NCBI GenBank assembly: GCA_038211855.1
Contig: JBBQVE010000008.1
Coordinates: 957 to 64,956, forward strand
Direction of reading: 5' to 3'
From: Candidatus Saccharimonadales bacterium
GTDB taxonomy: Bacteria; Patescibacteriota; Saccharimonadia; Saccharimonadales; SZUA-47
DNA: 64,000 bases
This document shows, piece after piece, positions 19,593-28,868 of this stretch; the first letter of the stretch is position 1, and each line of letters opens with the position of its first letter. A program made the position numbers and the translations under genes. The notes under the pieces are model-generated. The model was not told the DNA's origin, searched no databases, and worked only from the letters and a program-made list of their open reading frames with translations.

Positions 19593-20897
19593 ATGTTATT
19601 CGGTAAAAAACGCTCATTGTATGGACGCCTGATCTTCTTAGTATTAGTAGTGGTGCCAGTGGTGATATGGCTCGTCGCAACAGGGGTAGGTACGCATTTT
19701 TCCACTGCTGGAAACATCCTGAAATCGATCGGCAAAGCTTGTGCATTTATGGGCTTCGCGACCTATTGTTTGCAGCCAGTACTAAGTATGCGGTTTTTTA
19801 TTGTAGAAAAGTTGTTCGGAGGTCTCGACAGCGTCTATTTACTCCATAAACAAGCGGGTAAACTAGCCTTCTACCTCATCTGCATCCATCCGATATTATT
19901 GGCGGCGGGTGGACTGCTAAATGGCGTCGGCTTCCTCGGTATTTGGAACTGGGAATCAGCGTCGGTGCTCATAGGTGTTTTTGCGCTGGTGTGCCTCATT
20001 CTACTGACGGGCTTTACGGTGTATGTACATACGAAACACCAAAAATGGGTGTATGTGCACCGCTTGTTCGGCTGGCTGCTTCCCGTCATCGTCCTACACG
20101 CGCTGCTTGCCAATGCGCAGATTACACATATTATCCCATTGTATATTTACATGTTGCTACTGGCAGAGATCGGCTTTGTATCGTTCCTGATCCGTTCGGT
20201 ATTTGGTATTTTTATTCATCGCTACCGCTATGTTGTTGCCGAAGTACTTACCGTCACCCCGGCAGTTACAGAACTAGTATTGAAGCCGACCGGTATTCCG
20301 ATGAACTACACACCTGGCCAGTTTGCCTATCTGACGCTTAAGAGTAAGGTTGTCGATAGCGAGCCGCATCCGTATTCATTCACGACCGCCAACAATGGTC
20401 CGTATATCCGCTTCGCTATAAAAAATCTTGGAGATGACAGTGCAAAGATGAAGTACATCACGCCAGGGACGCCGGCGCTGTTGGAGGGCCCGTATGGCAC
20501 GTTCTCACTGCATAATTCCAAGCGTGCCCAGCAGATCTGGATTGCCGGTGGGGTCGGCATCACCCCGTTCCTCGCCATGGCACGCTCGCTGAAGCCGGGC
20601 GATAAGCACCACATCCACCTGTTCTATGCGGCCGATAAGCTCGATGATGCTGTGTTTATGAGGGAGCTCATTGCAATTAGAAAAATGCTGCCTGATAACT
20701 TCGAATTCAATCTGGTAAATAAACAGTGGAGCGGCTTTGTAACTGCTGATGTTGTCGGTAAGAGCATTAAGAATTTTGCTGAAGCGGACTATTTTATCTG
20801 TGGCCCACCGGGCATGACAGCGGCGCTCAAAAAAGGCCTCACCGCCAAGGGAGTCAGTGAAGAGCACATCTTCAACGAAAATTTCTCAGTCATGTAA
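19593..20897 (+). CDS. Ferric-reductase/NOX-like membrane flavocytochrome (FRD TM domain + FAD/NAD(P)-binding domain)
   Basis: 434 aa. Six TM helices with His residues, then HPYSFTTA (FAD-binding RxYS/HPFT-type), GGVGITPF (NAD(P)H-binding) and a C-terminal CGPPGM. Confidence 0.75.
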   Translation: MLFGKKRSLYGRLIFLVLVVVPVVIWLVATGVGTHFSTAGNILKSIGKACAFMGFATYCLQPVLSMRFFIVEKLFGGLDSVYLLHKQAGKLAFYLICIHPILLAAGGLLNGVGFLGIWNWESASVLIGVFALVCLILLTGFTVYVHTKHQKWVYVHRLFGWLLPVIVLHALLANAQITHIIPLYIYMLLLAEIGFVSFLIRSVFGIFIHRYRYVVAEVLTVTPAVTELVLKPTGIPMNYTPGQFAYLTLKSKVVDSEPHPYSFTTANNGPYIRFAIKNLGDDSAKMKYITPGTPALLEGPYGTFSLHNSKRAQQIWIAGGVGITPFLAMARSLKPGDKHHIHLFYAADKLDDAVFMRELIAIRKMLPDNFEFNLVNKQWSGFVTADVVGKSIKNFAEADYFICGPPGMTAALKKGLTAKGVSEEHIFNENFSVM

Positions 20898-20905
20898 CAA
20901 TAATT

Positions 20906-22360
20906 ATGCCTATGCTTGCGCGCGAGCGTCATAGGTGTTTTTATAGTAGTAATATGGCAGCACCGGGACACTTCGAAATAGCTTTTCATCAGGACCTACT
21001 CAACGACATGGCGGTGATTTATCACGGCCAAGAAATAGTGGTTCTTGATAAGCCATTGCGTGTAGGACCAATCGAAACCGTCACGACATCGATTACTACA
21101 ACAGAGATGGTCGATGAATCAGACCTCCTAGGCTTGACCTCATCCGTTGAACTGCGTGAACCTCTAGACCAGCGTCGGCTTTCTGCTCAATTACATGGTC
21201 TATTGGCTCTCGATGGTGAATGCACAGTCGAAAGCCCTCTTAGATTGTTAACGCCACTAGGGCTCACGATAATTCGCAACACTATGATGGATGACAGCAT
21301 AAGTTATGTCGCTCCATCATTCGGCGGGCAGAGATGGACGGTCAATTCAGTTCGTCACCGGCCGATGGAGAGCGTAAACCATGCAGCTGATAAGATGGAT
21401 ATTGAAAGTCTGCTTAAGCAGCATTTATCTGTGTTGACGGGCTTAGTCAGAGTTATATTTGATACACAAAGTGTCCCTATCGATCAGATGGGACAGCTAC
21501 TTTTAGCTATGCCAGGTCGTGTACTCGAAGGGTTACCTCCAGAGGTACAGGCAGACGCATTTGAACAGTTCTTCGGTATTGACGATACGGTTGCAGAACT
21601 TCGTAAATTTGTAAAAATCGCAAAAAAAGACCCGGAGTTATTGGCGAAGCACAATGTTAAGCGCGCTCAAGCAGTTTTACTCTATGGTAAGTCCGGAACA
21701 GGAAAATCAGAACTTGCCGAGGCACTCGGTAAAGCTCTGGAAGCTGAAATCGTATACATGTCGATAGGTAATACATCAGGTATGGCAGTGGCGGAGTGGG
21801 CGCAAAAACTGAACAAATTCTTTGAAGATGCCTACACCAAACAAGAACCGGTCCTGATCATCGCCAACGAGATGGAAACACTTATAAGAAGTGGTAACTC
21901 CCAAGTGACCGATAATCTCACGGGAGTCTTAAAAAACCAATTTGAAACAATGAAGCTGCACCCACACGTTTATTTCATCGGTACTACGAACAACAAAGGG
22001 GCAATTGATCCTGATGTGCTGGTTCCTAAGCGTATACCGCTCCAACTCGAAATCAAGCCACCCGCCACGATAGAGGCTCGGAAAGCCGTCTTTTATCATT
22101 TCTTGGCACTTGCAGCTACACTTCTTGAACCCGATCCCGAGACCGATAGTATTGTGCAGACACTGATGCAGTATGATTGCACCGACTTTGCCACCAAAAC
22201 TGATGACTACACGGTTGGAGACATTCAGTCGATTTTTGAAGATGTTGCCCGTCGCCGACTTTTGAACGCCGAAGATGACGAATCGATGCTGACAAGGTTA
22301 TTCACGCCAAGTGAACTCAGTCAAGGTATCGAGCGCGCTAACAAGCAACGTACCGAGTAA
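20906..22360 (+). CDS. AAA+ ATPase with unknown 240-aa N-terminal domain
   Basis: 484 aa. Walker A LLYGKSGTGKSELAEALG. The Walker B region reads LIIANEMETL (Asn-Glu instead of Asp-Glu). Sensor-1 FIGTTNN. Confidence 0.75.
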   Translation: MPMLARERHRCFYSSNMAAPGHFEIAFHQDLLNDMAVIYHGQEIVVLDKPLRVGPIETVTTSITTTEMVDESDLLGLTSSVELREPLDQRRLSAQLHGLLALDGECTVESPLRLLTPLGLTIIRNTMMDDSISYVAPSFGGQRWTVNSVRHRPMESVNHAADKMDIESLLKQHLSVLTGLVRVIFDTQSVPIDQMGQLLLAMPGRVLEGLPPEVQADAFEQFFGIDDTVAELRKFVKIAKKDPELLAKHNVKRAQAVLLYGKSGTGKSELAEALGKALEAEIVYMSIGNTSGMAVAEWAQKLNKFFEDAYTKQEPVLIIANEMETLIRSGNSQVTDNLTGVLKNQFETMKLHPHVYFIGTTNNKGAIDPDVLVPKRIPLQLEIKPPATIEARKAVFYHFLALAATLLEPDPETDSIVQTLMQYDCTDFATKTDDYTVGDIQSIFEDVARRRLLNAEDDESMLTRLFTPSELSQGIERANKQRTE

Positions 22361-22413
22361 GAGCATTAAGTAATTAGATGGACAAAATAGCAATATTGTG
22401 CTAATGTTTAAAG

Positions 22414-23844
22414 ATGGAAACCGCTCCTCATCCTGTTCCTGTCGAAATTCCCGTGCCTTACGATGGTTATGATTATTCAAATTTAGGCCCAAAAAACATA
22501 TCCAGTGCGGATCCGGACTTCGACTATGGGGAAGTACCGCCTCAGCTACAGGCTCTCAATAAACTCACACAAACTCTCGAGGATAATCCTGATACCCACA
22601 CCGATGGTGGCTATATGCGTGCCCGCGGTTCTGCAGCGGTCCACGCCGCCATACGTCTCGCAATCGACGCCCAAGAAACAGATGGTCCAACTGACGAAAT
22701 AGTTGCAATAGAGTCTGCCATGCGGGCAACAAAACAGGCCTGGAATGCCATGAGCTTGACAGTCATGCAGGCCAGAAAAGAAGGTGACTTGACTCGTGCC
22801 GCCATGTGGGCGGAGCGTCTCAATGAGTCGATAGCAGAAGTGTATGTACTCCCAGAACATGATGCCGCCGCGCAAATGATAAGCCTTGAACTACAAAATA
22901 ACGAAAATGTTAAAGCAGTCTATGTAAAATATCTTGATATGAGCAAACTCACTGTGGCCGAAAGTAATCCTGAGGCCTCATTACCAATCGAAGAACGCTA
23001 TAAAGAAGCCTTTGCGCAGAAGCGTGCAATCATCTTAGAACGTTACGGCGAAACGCTTGATTTAATTCCGGAAGGTGACCGGATGTACAGTGCAGAGGAA
23101 GCAGCTGATGCAATAGAAGCAGTCCTAGAGCATCTACAGTTGAACGATAAAACTGTTGCCTGGGATAAGGTAAAGACGTATCGTGACGTTGATGAAAATG
23201 TTTTCTCAACCGATTCGAGCCTCAAAGGTGTGACAATTAATGTGCCAATGGCTGCCGAACCAATCTCTGCCAACAGACTCCGCGGTATGGTTGCCCATGA
23301 ACTCTTGAAGCATGCAGCAAGTGGTGCGAATGGTGCGGCAACTGGTGACGAGATGCAGGCACGTGGCATGCCGGGTTATCTCGGTTTTGAAGAGGGTGAT
23401 GCCATTAGTTCAGAGCTTGCCGTAAGTGGTGTTGCGGACGAAATCTTCGCCGATCGTTTCACAGATACAGCCATTGCGGCAGGTGTTATCGATGGTGAAC
23501 GCCGTTCACGTCCTGAGATGATTAAAATGGTTTACGAACGTGAAGCTGCTCGACAAAACACAACTGTTGAAAAGTTGAGTGAGGGCAGAAAAAGGGAACT
23601 GAACACGCATGTAGGTCGAATCTATGAAGGTGGTCCTGGCGATGAACATGTCGAAACGGCTGTTATCTTCGCAAAGGATGCTCAATATTGGGCTGGCGTC
23701 CTGAAGCACCTGACATGGTGGGAAGCTGGCATCAAAGCTGGTCGAACCCCTCAAGAACTCTATGATGAAGGCCGTAGGGGCAAGAATGACCTGACGCAGC
23801 CTGAGCATGTTGCATACCAAGCGCAATTTGCCGCGGCATCCTAG
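22414..23844 (+). CDS. DUF1704/MATCAP-like putative metallocarboxypeptidase
   Basis: 476 aa. VAHELLKHAASGANG (HExxxH-type) followed by GFEEGDAISSE (QEGLA-like). This is the pattern I recall for DUF1704 / tyrosine carboxypeptidase-like proteins. The call rests on motifs only. Confidence 0.5.
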   Translation: METAPHPVPVEIPVPYDGYDYSNLGPKNISSADPDFDYGEVPPQLQALNKLTQTLEDNPDTHTDGGYMRARGSAAVHAAIRLAIDAQETDGPTDEIVAIESAMRATKQAWNAMSLTVMQARKEGDLTRAAMWAERLNESIAEVYVLPEHDAAAQMISLELQNNENVKAVYVKYLDMSKLTVAESNPEASLPIEERYKEAFAQKRAIILERYGETLDLIPEGDRMYSAEEAADAIEAVLEHLQLNDKTVAWDKVKTYRDVDENVFSTDSSLKGVTINVPMAAEPISANRLRGMVAHELLKHAASGANGAATGDEMQARGMPGYLGFEEGDAISSELAVSGVADEIFADRFTDTAIAAGVIDGERRSRPEMIKMVYEREAARQNTTVEKLSEGRKRELNTHVGRIYEGGPGDEHVETAVIFAKDAQYWAGVLKHLTWWEAGIKAGRTPQELYDEGRRGKNDLTQPEHVAYQAQFAAAS

Positions 23845-23852
23845 TATATAAT

Positions 23853-24491
23853 TTAGACTCGTGGATCAACCGCACCGACTGCCAAGAGTTCAACGGATGG
23901 ATCGAGCGTCTGACGTATTTCTGTCAGAAGTTCAGGGCTTATCATAGTAGCATTTGAGCCAGCTACAAGACCCAACCTTATAATCACTGGCGTGATGACA
24001 CCGACTTTTGCAGGTGTGCGGTCTACCGCTCCTATTGTGCTACGAGCGTTTGCCTTCTCGCCAGCTATAAGCACGCCGTCCGCGTAGAAACCATTTGAAA
24101 CATCAGTCAATGCAGCTTCAATAGTAAGGGCGCGATTTTTCTTATGAAGGGAGAGTCTTGTGAGCCGTAATTTAACCGAATTTCTTGCGGACGCCTCCTC
24201 TAAGATTCCACGCTCAATTAAGTCGTCCGAGAGACGCATTATCTTGGCATGTGTAGCCAGGTCTTGAAAGCCGAGTCCATTTTTAGCACGTAATGCCACC
24301 CAATCATCGGTGCTAACATAGCTGACTCCTGGTAGTCGACGTGGTCTCAAGTGAGAGCTAGGCGGTAACTTTCGACGGAAATTTTTTATGAAGTCATGCA
24401 TCCATTCACTGGCTACCGGTCGTCCAAGAGAGGGCTCCAGATGTTGTTCCTGCGCAAAATTACTTTGTTCAGGGTTATATTGCATAGACAT
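23853..24491 (-). CDS. Hypothetical protein
   Basis: The track ORF extends to 24650, but that part overlaps the upstream SGNH gene. Trimmed to ATG 24491 (MSMQYNPEQ..., 212 aa). No motif recognised. Confidence 0.5.
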   Translation of the reverse strand: MSMQYNPEQSNFAQEQHLEPSLGRPVASEWMHDFIKNFRRKLPPSSHLRPRRLPGVSYVSTDDWVALRAKNGLGFQDLATHAKIMRLSDDLIERGILEEASARNSVKLRLTRLSLHKKNRALTIEAALTDVSNGFYADGVLIAGEKANARSTIGAVDRTPAKVGVITPVIIRLGLVAGSNATMISPELLTEIRQTLDPSVELLAVGAVDPRV

Positions 24492-24495
24492 AAAT

Positions 24496-25344
24496 CTAAT
24501 GAGCCCGCAAGGCGCTAATAATCTGTTTGCTAAGAGCTTTTTGACCCTCGGCCGTGGGGTGGTAGGGCGCTTTGTTGCTAAGCCCTTGGACCCATGGATC
24601 GGTCGTGCAGAGTTCGTGACCGCTGAAGTCAATTGGTATGTAGGTCGCAATGCTGTGCGCAGCGACGGCTGTCTGAATGGTCGTATTCAGTGTGGCTTGG
24701 AACTGCTTGCCCCATGCGAGCTCGCTGGCATCAATGCCGTTTAGGTCGGTACAGCCGGCACTCAAATTATTCGGGAAGACCTGATAATAACCCGTTACAA
24801 GCACCCGCGGCGCGTTGGTGGTGTAGTGAGATTGTAACTGCTCAAGTAGGGCATTCAGACTGGAGCTGACGGTGTTCAGACTAGCGGTAACCAGATCGCT
24901 ATCTTCGGCCGACCCGCACTCGGCGGTGTAGCATTTGCCCAGCACCTGAGTCCAATTGGCGTCGTTGGCACCAATTGTAAGGCTCACGAGCTTTGGGGTT
25001 GGCAGGGCAAAGAGTTGCGTCAGCTGCGGGTCAACTAATAAATTGTTCACGTCCTGTTTGCCGGCGATGCCCGCTGGTATGGTAGCGCCACTGCAGGCGA
25101 TATTCTTAAGACTGTAACTGAGTCCCGTAGCAACCTGATTGGCATATGATTGTTTGCTGCGCTCACAGGCGCTGGAATCGCTCGGCTCGTCCAACCCAAC
25201 CCCGGCGGCAACGGAATCACCAAGGGCAACGTATGAGCCCCTAGAGTCGGTACTTTTAGTTGATGGGGAAGTTTTATGCCTCGAAACCACTAGTCCAATA
25301 AGAATAGTAACTACCACAAGAGCGCTCACAATATATCTCTTCAC
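24496..25344 (-). CDS. Secreted SGNH/GDSL-family hydrolase
   Basis: 282 aa. N-terminal TM/signal (IVSALVVVTILIGLVV). Block I YVALGDSVAAGVG, block III TIGANDAN, block V region DPWVQ...YHPT. Confidence 0.75.
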   Translation of the reverse strand: MKRYIVSALVVVTILIGLVVSRHKTSPSTKSTDSRGSYVALGDSVAAGVGLDEPSDSSACERSKQSYANQVATGLSYSLKNIACSGATIPAGIAGKQDVNNLLVDPQLTQLFALPTPKLVSLTIGANDANWTQVLGKCYTAECGSAEDSDLVTASLNTVSSSLNALLEQLQSHYTTNAPRVLVTGYYQVFPNNLSAGCTDLNGIDASELAWGKQFQATLNTTIQTAVAAHSIATYIPIDFSGHELCTTDPWVQGLSNKAPYHPTAEGQKALSKQIISALRAH

Positions 25345-25456
25345 TGCTCTAAGTATAAACCACCAACGATACTTCAGGCTGGGATTGCAATCTTACCCCT
25401 GTAATGGTAAGATATCGAAACGTAGTGACAAACAATTTGAAATTACGATAACCACT

Positions 25457-25533
25457 GGGCTTGTGGTGTAGAGGCCTAACATGCCTCCCTGTCACGGAGG
25501 AGATCGCCGGTTCGAATCCGGTCAAGCCCGCCA
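25457..25533 (+). tRNA. tRNA-Asp (anticodon GTC)
   Basis: Acceptor GGGCTTG/CAAGCCC, anticodon stem CCTCC/GGAGG with loop CTGTCAC, T-loop TTCGAAT, encoded CCA. Confidence 0.92.
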
Positions 25534-25541
25534 ACTAAAGA

Positions 25542-25565
25542 GAGTCGCCTTGAGCGGCTCTTTTT
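25542..25565 (+). terminator. Terminator hairpin after tRNA-Asp
   Basis: gagtcgc-cttga-gcggctc (7 bp including one G-U) followed by TTTTT. Confidence 0.55.
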
Positions 25566-25610
25566 AGAGCCAGCCCCATTATCGCTCGAATTAGGCAGGT
25601 CTAAGCAAAT

Positions 25611-26255
25611 CTAGCGCCACATGGCATGACGCAGGATTGCTGCGGCTCTGTCGGCAACAGCTTCTTCAACTAGGATGATTTCTTCGTCGTGTGTGGCCGA
25701 GACGGCCTTAGCGTCTATGCCGTTTTCAGACAATACTAAGAGTGGATAGCTAATGCCGGCAACTTCTTGGCCGCTGACCCGCTCACGAGTAATCACGAGT
25801 CCGGTCAGGTTCACATCCTCTTCTTTATAATCACTACTTCCACCCAGCGCGAGGAATTTTTCACGCACGAATTTTTCCATCACCAGTACTACATCTGTAT
25901 CAGCTCGGATAACCGCAAAAAAGGGCGCATCGAGTGTTTCATCAGATTCGAGAGCCGCCAGTAGCTTAAAATATTTCACAGATGCAGGTGCGCGGAACAC
26001 TGATATGTTCGAGATAACCTTCACACCGCGCAATCGGCCGATGAGGTTAATCAATTTATCCTTGTCTCTGTAGTGTAACCGCTGCAAGGCGACTGCTATT
26101 GCACCGACGCTGACTTTTTCACCGATGGTAGCCGAAATCTCTGGCTCCATATAGCGCGCCAGGGCTTTGTAGTTAAACAGGCCAATTCTGAGTAATTTCG
26201 AAATAAAGGGGCTTTCGCGCATCTTATCTTCGACGTGCTCACTGACTGTTTTCAT
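25611..26255 (-). CDS. Hypothetical protein
   Basis: 214 aa soluble protein with no diagnostic motif. Confidence 0.55.
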   Translation of the reverse strand: MKTVSEHVEDKMRESPFISKLLRIGLFNYKALARYMEPEISATIGEKVSVGAIAVALQRLHYRDKDKLINLIGRLRGVKVISNISVFRAPASVKYFKLLAALESDETLDAPFFAVIRADTDVVLVMEKFVREKFLALGGSSDYKEEDVNLTGLVITRERVSGQEVAGISYPLLVLSENGIDAKAVSATHDEEIILVEEAVADRAAAILRHAMWR

Positions 26256-26363
26256 GGATTAATCGTATCATATGATACAAAAAGTAGATTTTCGTGTCTA
26301 TAATACAAACTTTGGATTTATTGGTCGGATTTCGGCAGAATATGCTCGTATAAGGAGTAGATT

Positions 26364-26720
26364 ATGATCACATACGAATTCTGTCAAGAAGTTATAACTG
26401 AGGTAATCGCACCATTGGCCGACATAATCGTCGCTAGAGAACTGGCCAAAGGCCGCCAAGGTAGACACATCGGTAGTCTGCTTATCGCTCAGTCAGTAAC
26501 GAAGGCGTCAGATATGAGCAACACGGACTACTACAGCCACCATGTTATTTACGAACACACCTTCGGTGATAACGAGATTGGCCCAGATCAGCTTGAGGAC
26601 GATACCTTTACGGTTGATATCGCCTATGCAGGCTTATGGTTCTGTCACGATTTGCAGCTTACCGAAGCAACCGCCTCTGTTCTGCAAGCTGACATAACAA
26701 GACGGGGTTTAGGGGATTAA
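26364..26720 (+). CDS. Small hypothetical protein, possible distant member of the local paralog family
   Basis: 118 aa. Good SD (taaggag, 7 nt before the ATG). The C-terminal IAYAGLWFCHDLQLTEATASVLQADI pattern resembles the VAVCGFES...AQGILASVI segment of the downstream paralogs. Confidence 0.5.
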   Translation: MITYEFCQEVITEVIAPLADIIVARELAKGRQGRHIGSLLIAQSVTKASDMSNTDYYSHHVIYEHTFGDNEIGPDQLEDDTFTVDIAYAGLWFCHDLQLTEATASVLQADITRRGLGD

Positions 26721-26725
26721 TATAA

Positions 26726-27331
26726 ATGATATGGGCAATTGATGGTCCCGGCGGAACCGGCAAGTCTACTTTGGCAGCGATGCTAGCGAAGGCTCAGGGG
26801 CTTGATCCGGAAAGACAAGTAATACACGGTGATCACTTCTTCGAACCAGCTGAGATGGGCGGTGATGTGGTGGCCGGTATACCAGCTGGCTTCAACTCTG
26901 GCCGGTTCATGCGTGAAGTCGGCAGCGCATTGCTGTCCGGCAGCGACATACAGGTTCGTGAGTACAATTACAAAGAAGACTACTTCATCGATCGACCGCA
27001 ACCCGACCGACGCCAGCCGATTATCATAGAAGGCATCAAGCTTCTGCAATTACCCATCAAGTGGGATGTAAAAGTCTGGGTTGATACGCCGCGAGAAGTG
27101 CGCGAGGAGCGATTTGTGCAGCGGCAAAGCAAGGATAGGCGAACAGCCATATCCGATCCTGTGCTTATTAGAGAACGCTTCCACCTCTGGGCTAATGATG
27201 CTGAAGCGTACGAGGAAAGCATCGATCCGCACCACAGCTCCGACATAATCGTCATCGATGGTATGGCGCCTGCGCACAAACAGTTCCTGCAACTTAGTCA
27301 GTTCCTGGTAGTGGCTACACTCGAAGCATAA
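26726..27331 (+). CDS. P-loop nucleoside/uridine-kinase-like protein
   Basis: 201 aa with Walker A IDGPGGTGKSTLAAMLA. Size and layout resemble the uridine kinase/PRK family. Confidence 0.6.
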   Translation: MIWAIDGPGGTGKSTLAAMLAKAQGLDPERQVIHGDHFFEPAEMGGDVVAGIPAGFNSGRFMREVGSALLSGSDIQVREYNYKEDYFIDRPQPDRRQPIIIEGIKLLQLPIKWDVKVWVDTPREVREERFVQRQSKDRRTAISDPVLIRERFHLWANDAEAYEESIDPHHSSDIIVIDGMAPAHKQFLQLSQFLVVATLEA

Positions 27332-27403
27332 CGCCAGTGCGAACGCAGTACCTGAAGTGCGAAATTCTGACAATTTGCACAATTTGCTATATGATAGGCA
27401 CTA

Positions 27404-27758
27404 ATGTACGACCCCGAAACAAACACGCTTATGGATGTTATAGCAAAGTTGCCAGAATCCTTAGCGCGTCCGCGTCAGAGATTTGATTATAGGGCAGTGC
27501 GCAATGGTAGCAATTGATGCCGTTTGGGTGAATGAGCAGGACGAAGTCAGAATTGATAGCTCAGCACCGCTGGTGGTAACCGAAGAAGCCGAAGAAGAGG
27601 CTGGAATGACTGAATTCGTCACAGTCGTTATGATGTCAGAAGGTATCGTCGTTGATGCTTTGCGCTCAGTCACATGCGAGCCGTTTGGCGTGCGTTTTAT
27701 GCAGCAGACTACTTCTAGCGCGATGTCCGATGAAGACTTTCAGCTTGATGAGATGTAA
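27404..27758 (+). pseudogene. Probable frameshifted member of the GlcG/DUF336-like paralog family
   Basis: A 37-codon ORF (ATG 27404, MYDPETNTLMDVIAKLPESLARPRQR...) stops at 27515..27517. A second frame (track ORF 27483..27758) carries IIGQCAMVAIDAVWV, which matches the VVIGS...YMAIDRVEAV core of the neighbours. Joined, the two give about 118 aa, the paralog size. Alternatively an intact 84-91 aa CDS. Confidence 0.35.
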
Positions 27759-27896
27759 GATGTTAAATGGGTTATTGCCGAAACGGAGCCTGATCGCGAG
27801 CCGCAGTCGACTTCTAACGAAGACTAACAACTGCTTATGCTTGCAAAGGTCGGCCCATACACTTACATTGAAAGGATAAACCAAACTGGAGCAACT

Positions 27897-28328
27897 ATGG
27901 CATCACCTCACCTCGATCCAAACCACTTTAATATTGGTGACTGTGTTGAACAACTTGCATTTGACCAATTAACAGATGTATCGATTACCATCCCTGAACA
28001 GTACGGCGTGGTGATTGGCTCGGTGTTTTCATCGGCCAAAGGACATCATTACATGGCCATTGACCGCGTGGAGGCTGTACCACCCGTCGCGTCAGGCGAA
28101 TTTTCAGAGAGTGTCTTCAATGCTTTTCAGCTGACTGGCAGTGCTGTAAAAAGGGACGGTCAAATCAATCAAGGCGGCGGTATTGCAAGCCATGATGATC
28201 GTATCGTAGCAGTATGCGGTTTTGAGTCATCAGCCATCAACCAAAGGGTCGCTCAAGGCATACTTGCTTCCGTGATCTTTATAGAAACTGATTTTGGTCT
28301 TGTTCATGAGGCGCCTGTAGAAGGGTAG
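27897..28328 (+). CDS. GlcG/HbpS (DUF336)-like small protein, paralog A
   Basis: Track ORF from 27837; ATG 27897 (MASPHLD...) is preferred. GHHYMAIDRVE and GGGIASHDDRIVAVCGFESSAINQRVAQGILASV resemble the GlcG pattern GG.P....G.IGAVGVSG...D..A.AA. Call made from memory of that family. Confidence 0.5.
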   Translation: MASPHLDPNHFNIGDCVEQLAFDQLTDVSITIPEQYGVVIGSVFSSAKGHHYMAIDRVEAVPPVASGEFSESVFNAFQLTGSAVKRDGQINQGGGIASHDDRIVAVCGFESSAINQRVAQGILASVIFIETDFGLVHEAPVEG

Positions 28329-28332
28329 AACA

Positions 28333-28704
28333 ATGCCAAGACTAGAAATAAGCCTCTGGGAAGTCAAAGACGTACTGCGTTGGCTTGAAAGTACTCAGCC
28401 GCGCTACACATTTTTTACACCCGGAAGCTTCGGTATCGTCATAGGTGTCGAAGAAGAGGTAGGCGGCGAATATGGCTTTCGGGCAATCAAGCGAATCGCA
28501 GACGGCGAACATGGCGGCCAGGCAATGCATGATGCTGAAGCTTTAGCTGGAATCGCAGCCAAAGAGGATGAAGATCTCGGTATGTATGCGTCCCGTGAGG
28601 GTTACGGTGTTGCGTCAACTGGTTTTGAGTCGGACAACCTCCTTGTTTCAAGTGCGATACTTGAGATTGTACTGGGAAGTACACCGACCACCTACAAAAT
28701 ATAA
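28333..28704 (+). CDS. GlcG/HbpS (DUF336)-like small protein, paralog B
   Basis: 123 aa. Aligns by eye with the upstream gene (FGIVIGVEEE.../YGVVIGSVFS...; GVASTGFESDNLLVSSAILEIV/VAVCGFESSAINQRVAQGILASV). Confidence 0.55.
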   Translation: MPRLEISLWEVKDVLRWLESTQPRYTFFTPGSFGIVIGVEEEVGGEYGFRAIKRIADGEHGGQAMHDAEALAGIAAKEDEDLGMYASREGYGVASTGFESDNLLVSSAILEIVLGSTPTTYKI

Positions 28705-28721
28705 AGGCGCAACGCGAGTTG

Positions 28722-28737
28722 TTTCTGCTATACTAAC
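28722..28737 (+). promoter_or_regulatory. Extended -10 promoter (TTTCTGCTATACTAAC) for the tRNA-Thr/tRNA-Gly pair
   Basis: TGC-TATACT lies 14 nt upstream of the tRNA-Thr 5' end. The identical 16-mer recurs at 30941..30956. Confidence 0.45.
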
Positions 28738-28748
28738 CTCTGTAATTT

Positions 28749-28824
28749 GCCGCCTTAGCTCAGTTGGTAGAGCGTTTCATTCGTAACGAAGAGGTCCGGG
28801 GTTCGAATCCCCGAGGTGGCTCCA
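28749..28824 (+). tRNA. tRNA-Thr (anticodon CGT)
   Basis: Acceptor GCCGCCT/AGGTGGC, anticodon loop TTCGTAA, T-arm CGGGG-TTCGAAT-CCCCG, discriminator T, encoded CCA. Confidence 0.9.
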
Positions 28825-28868
28825 AAATTGTTGTTTCTCCGCAAAGAATTCCGAAACTTTGCGAGCGA

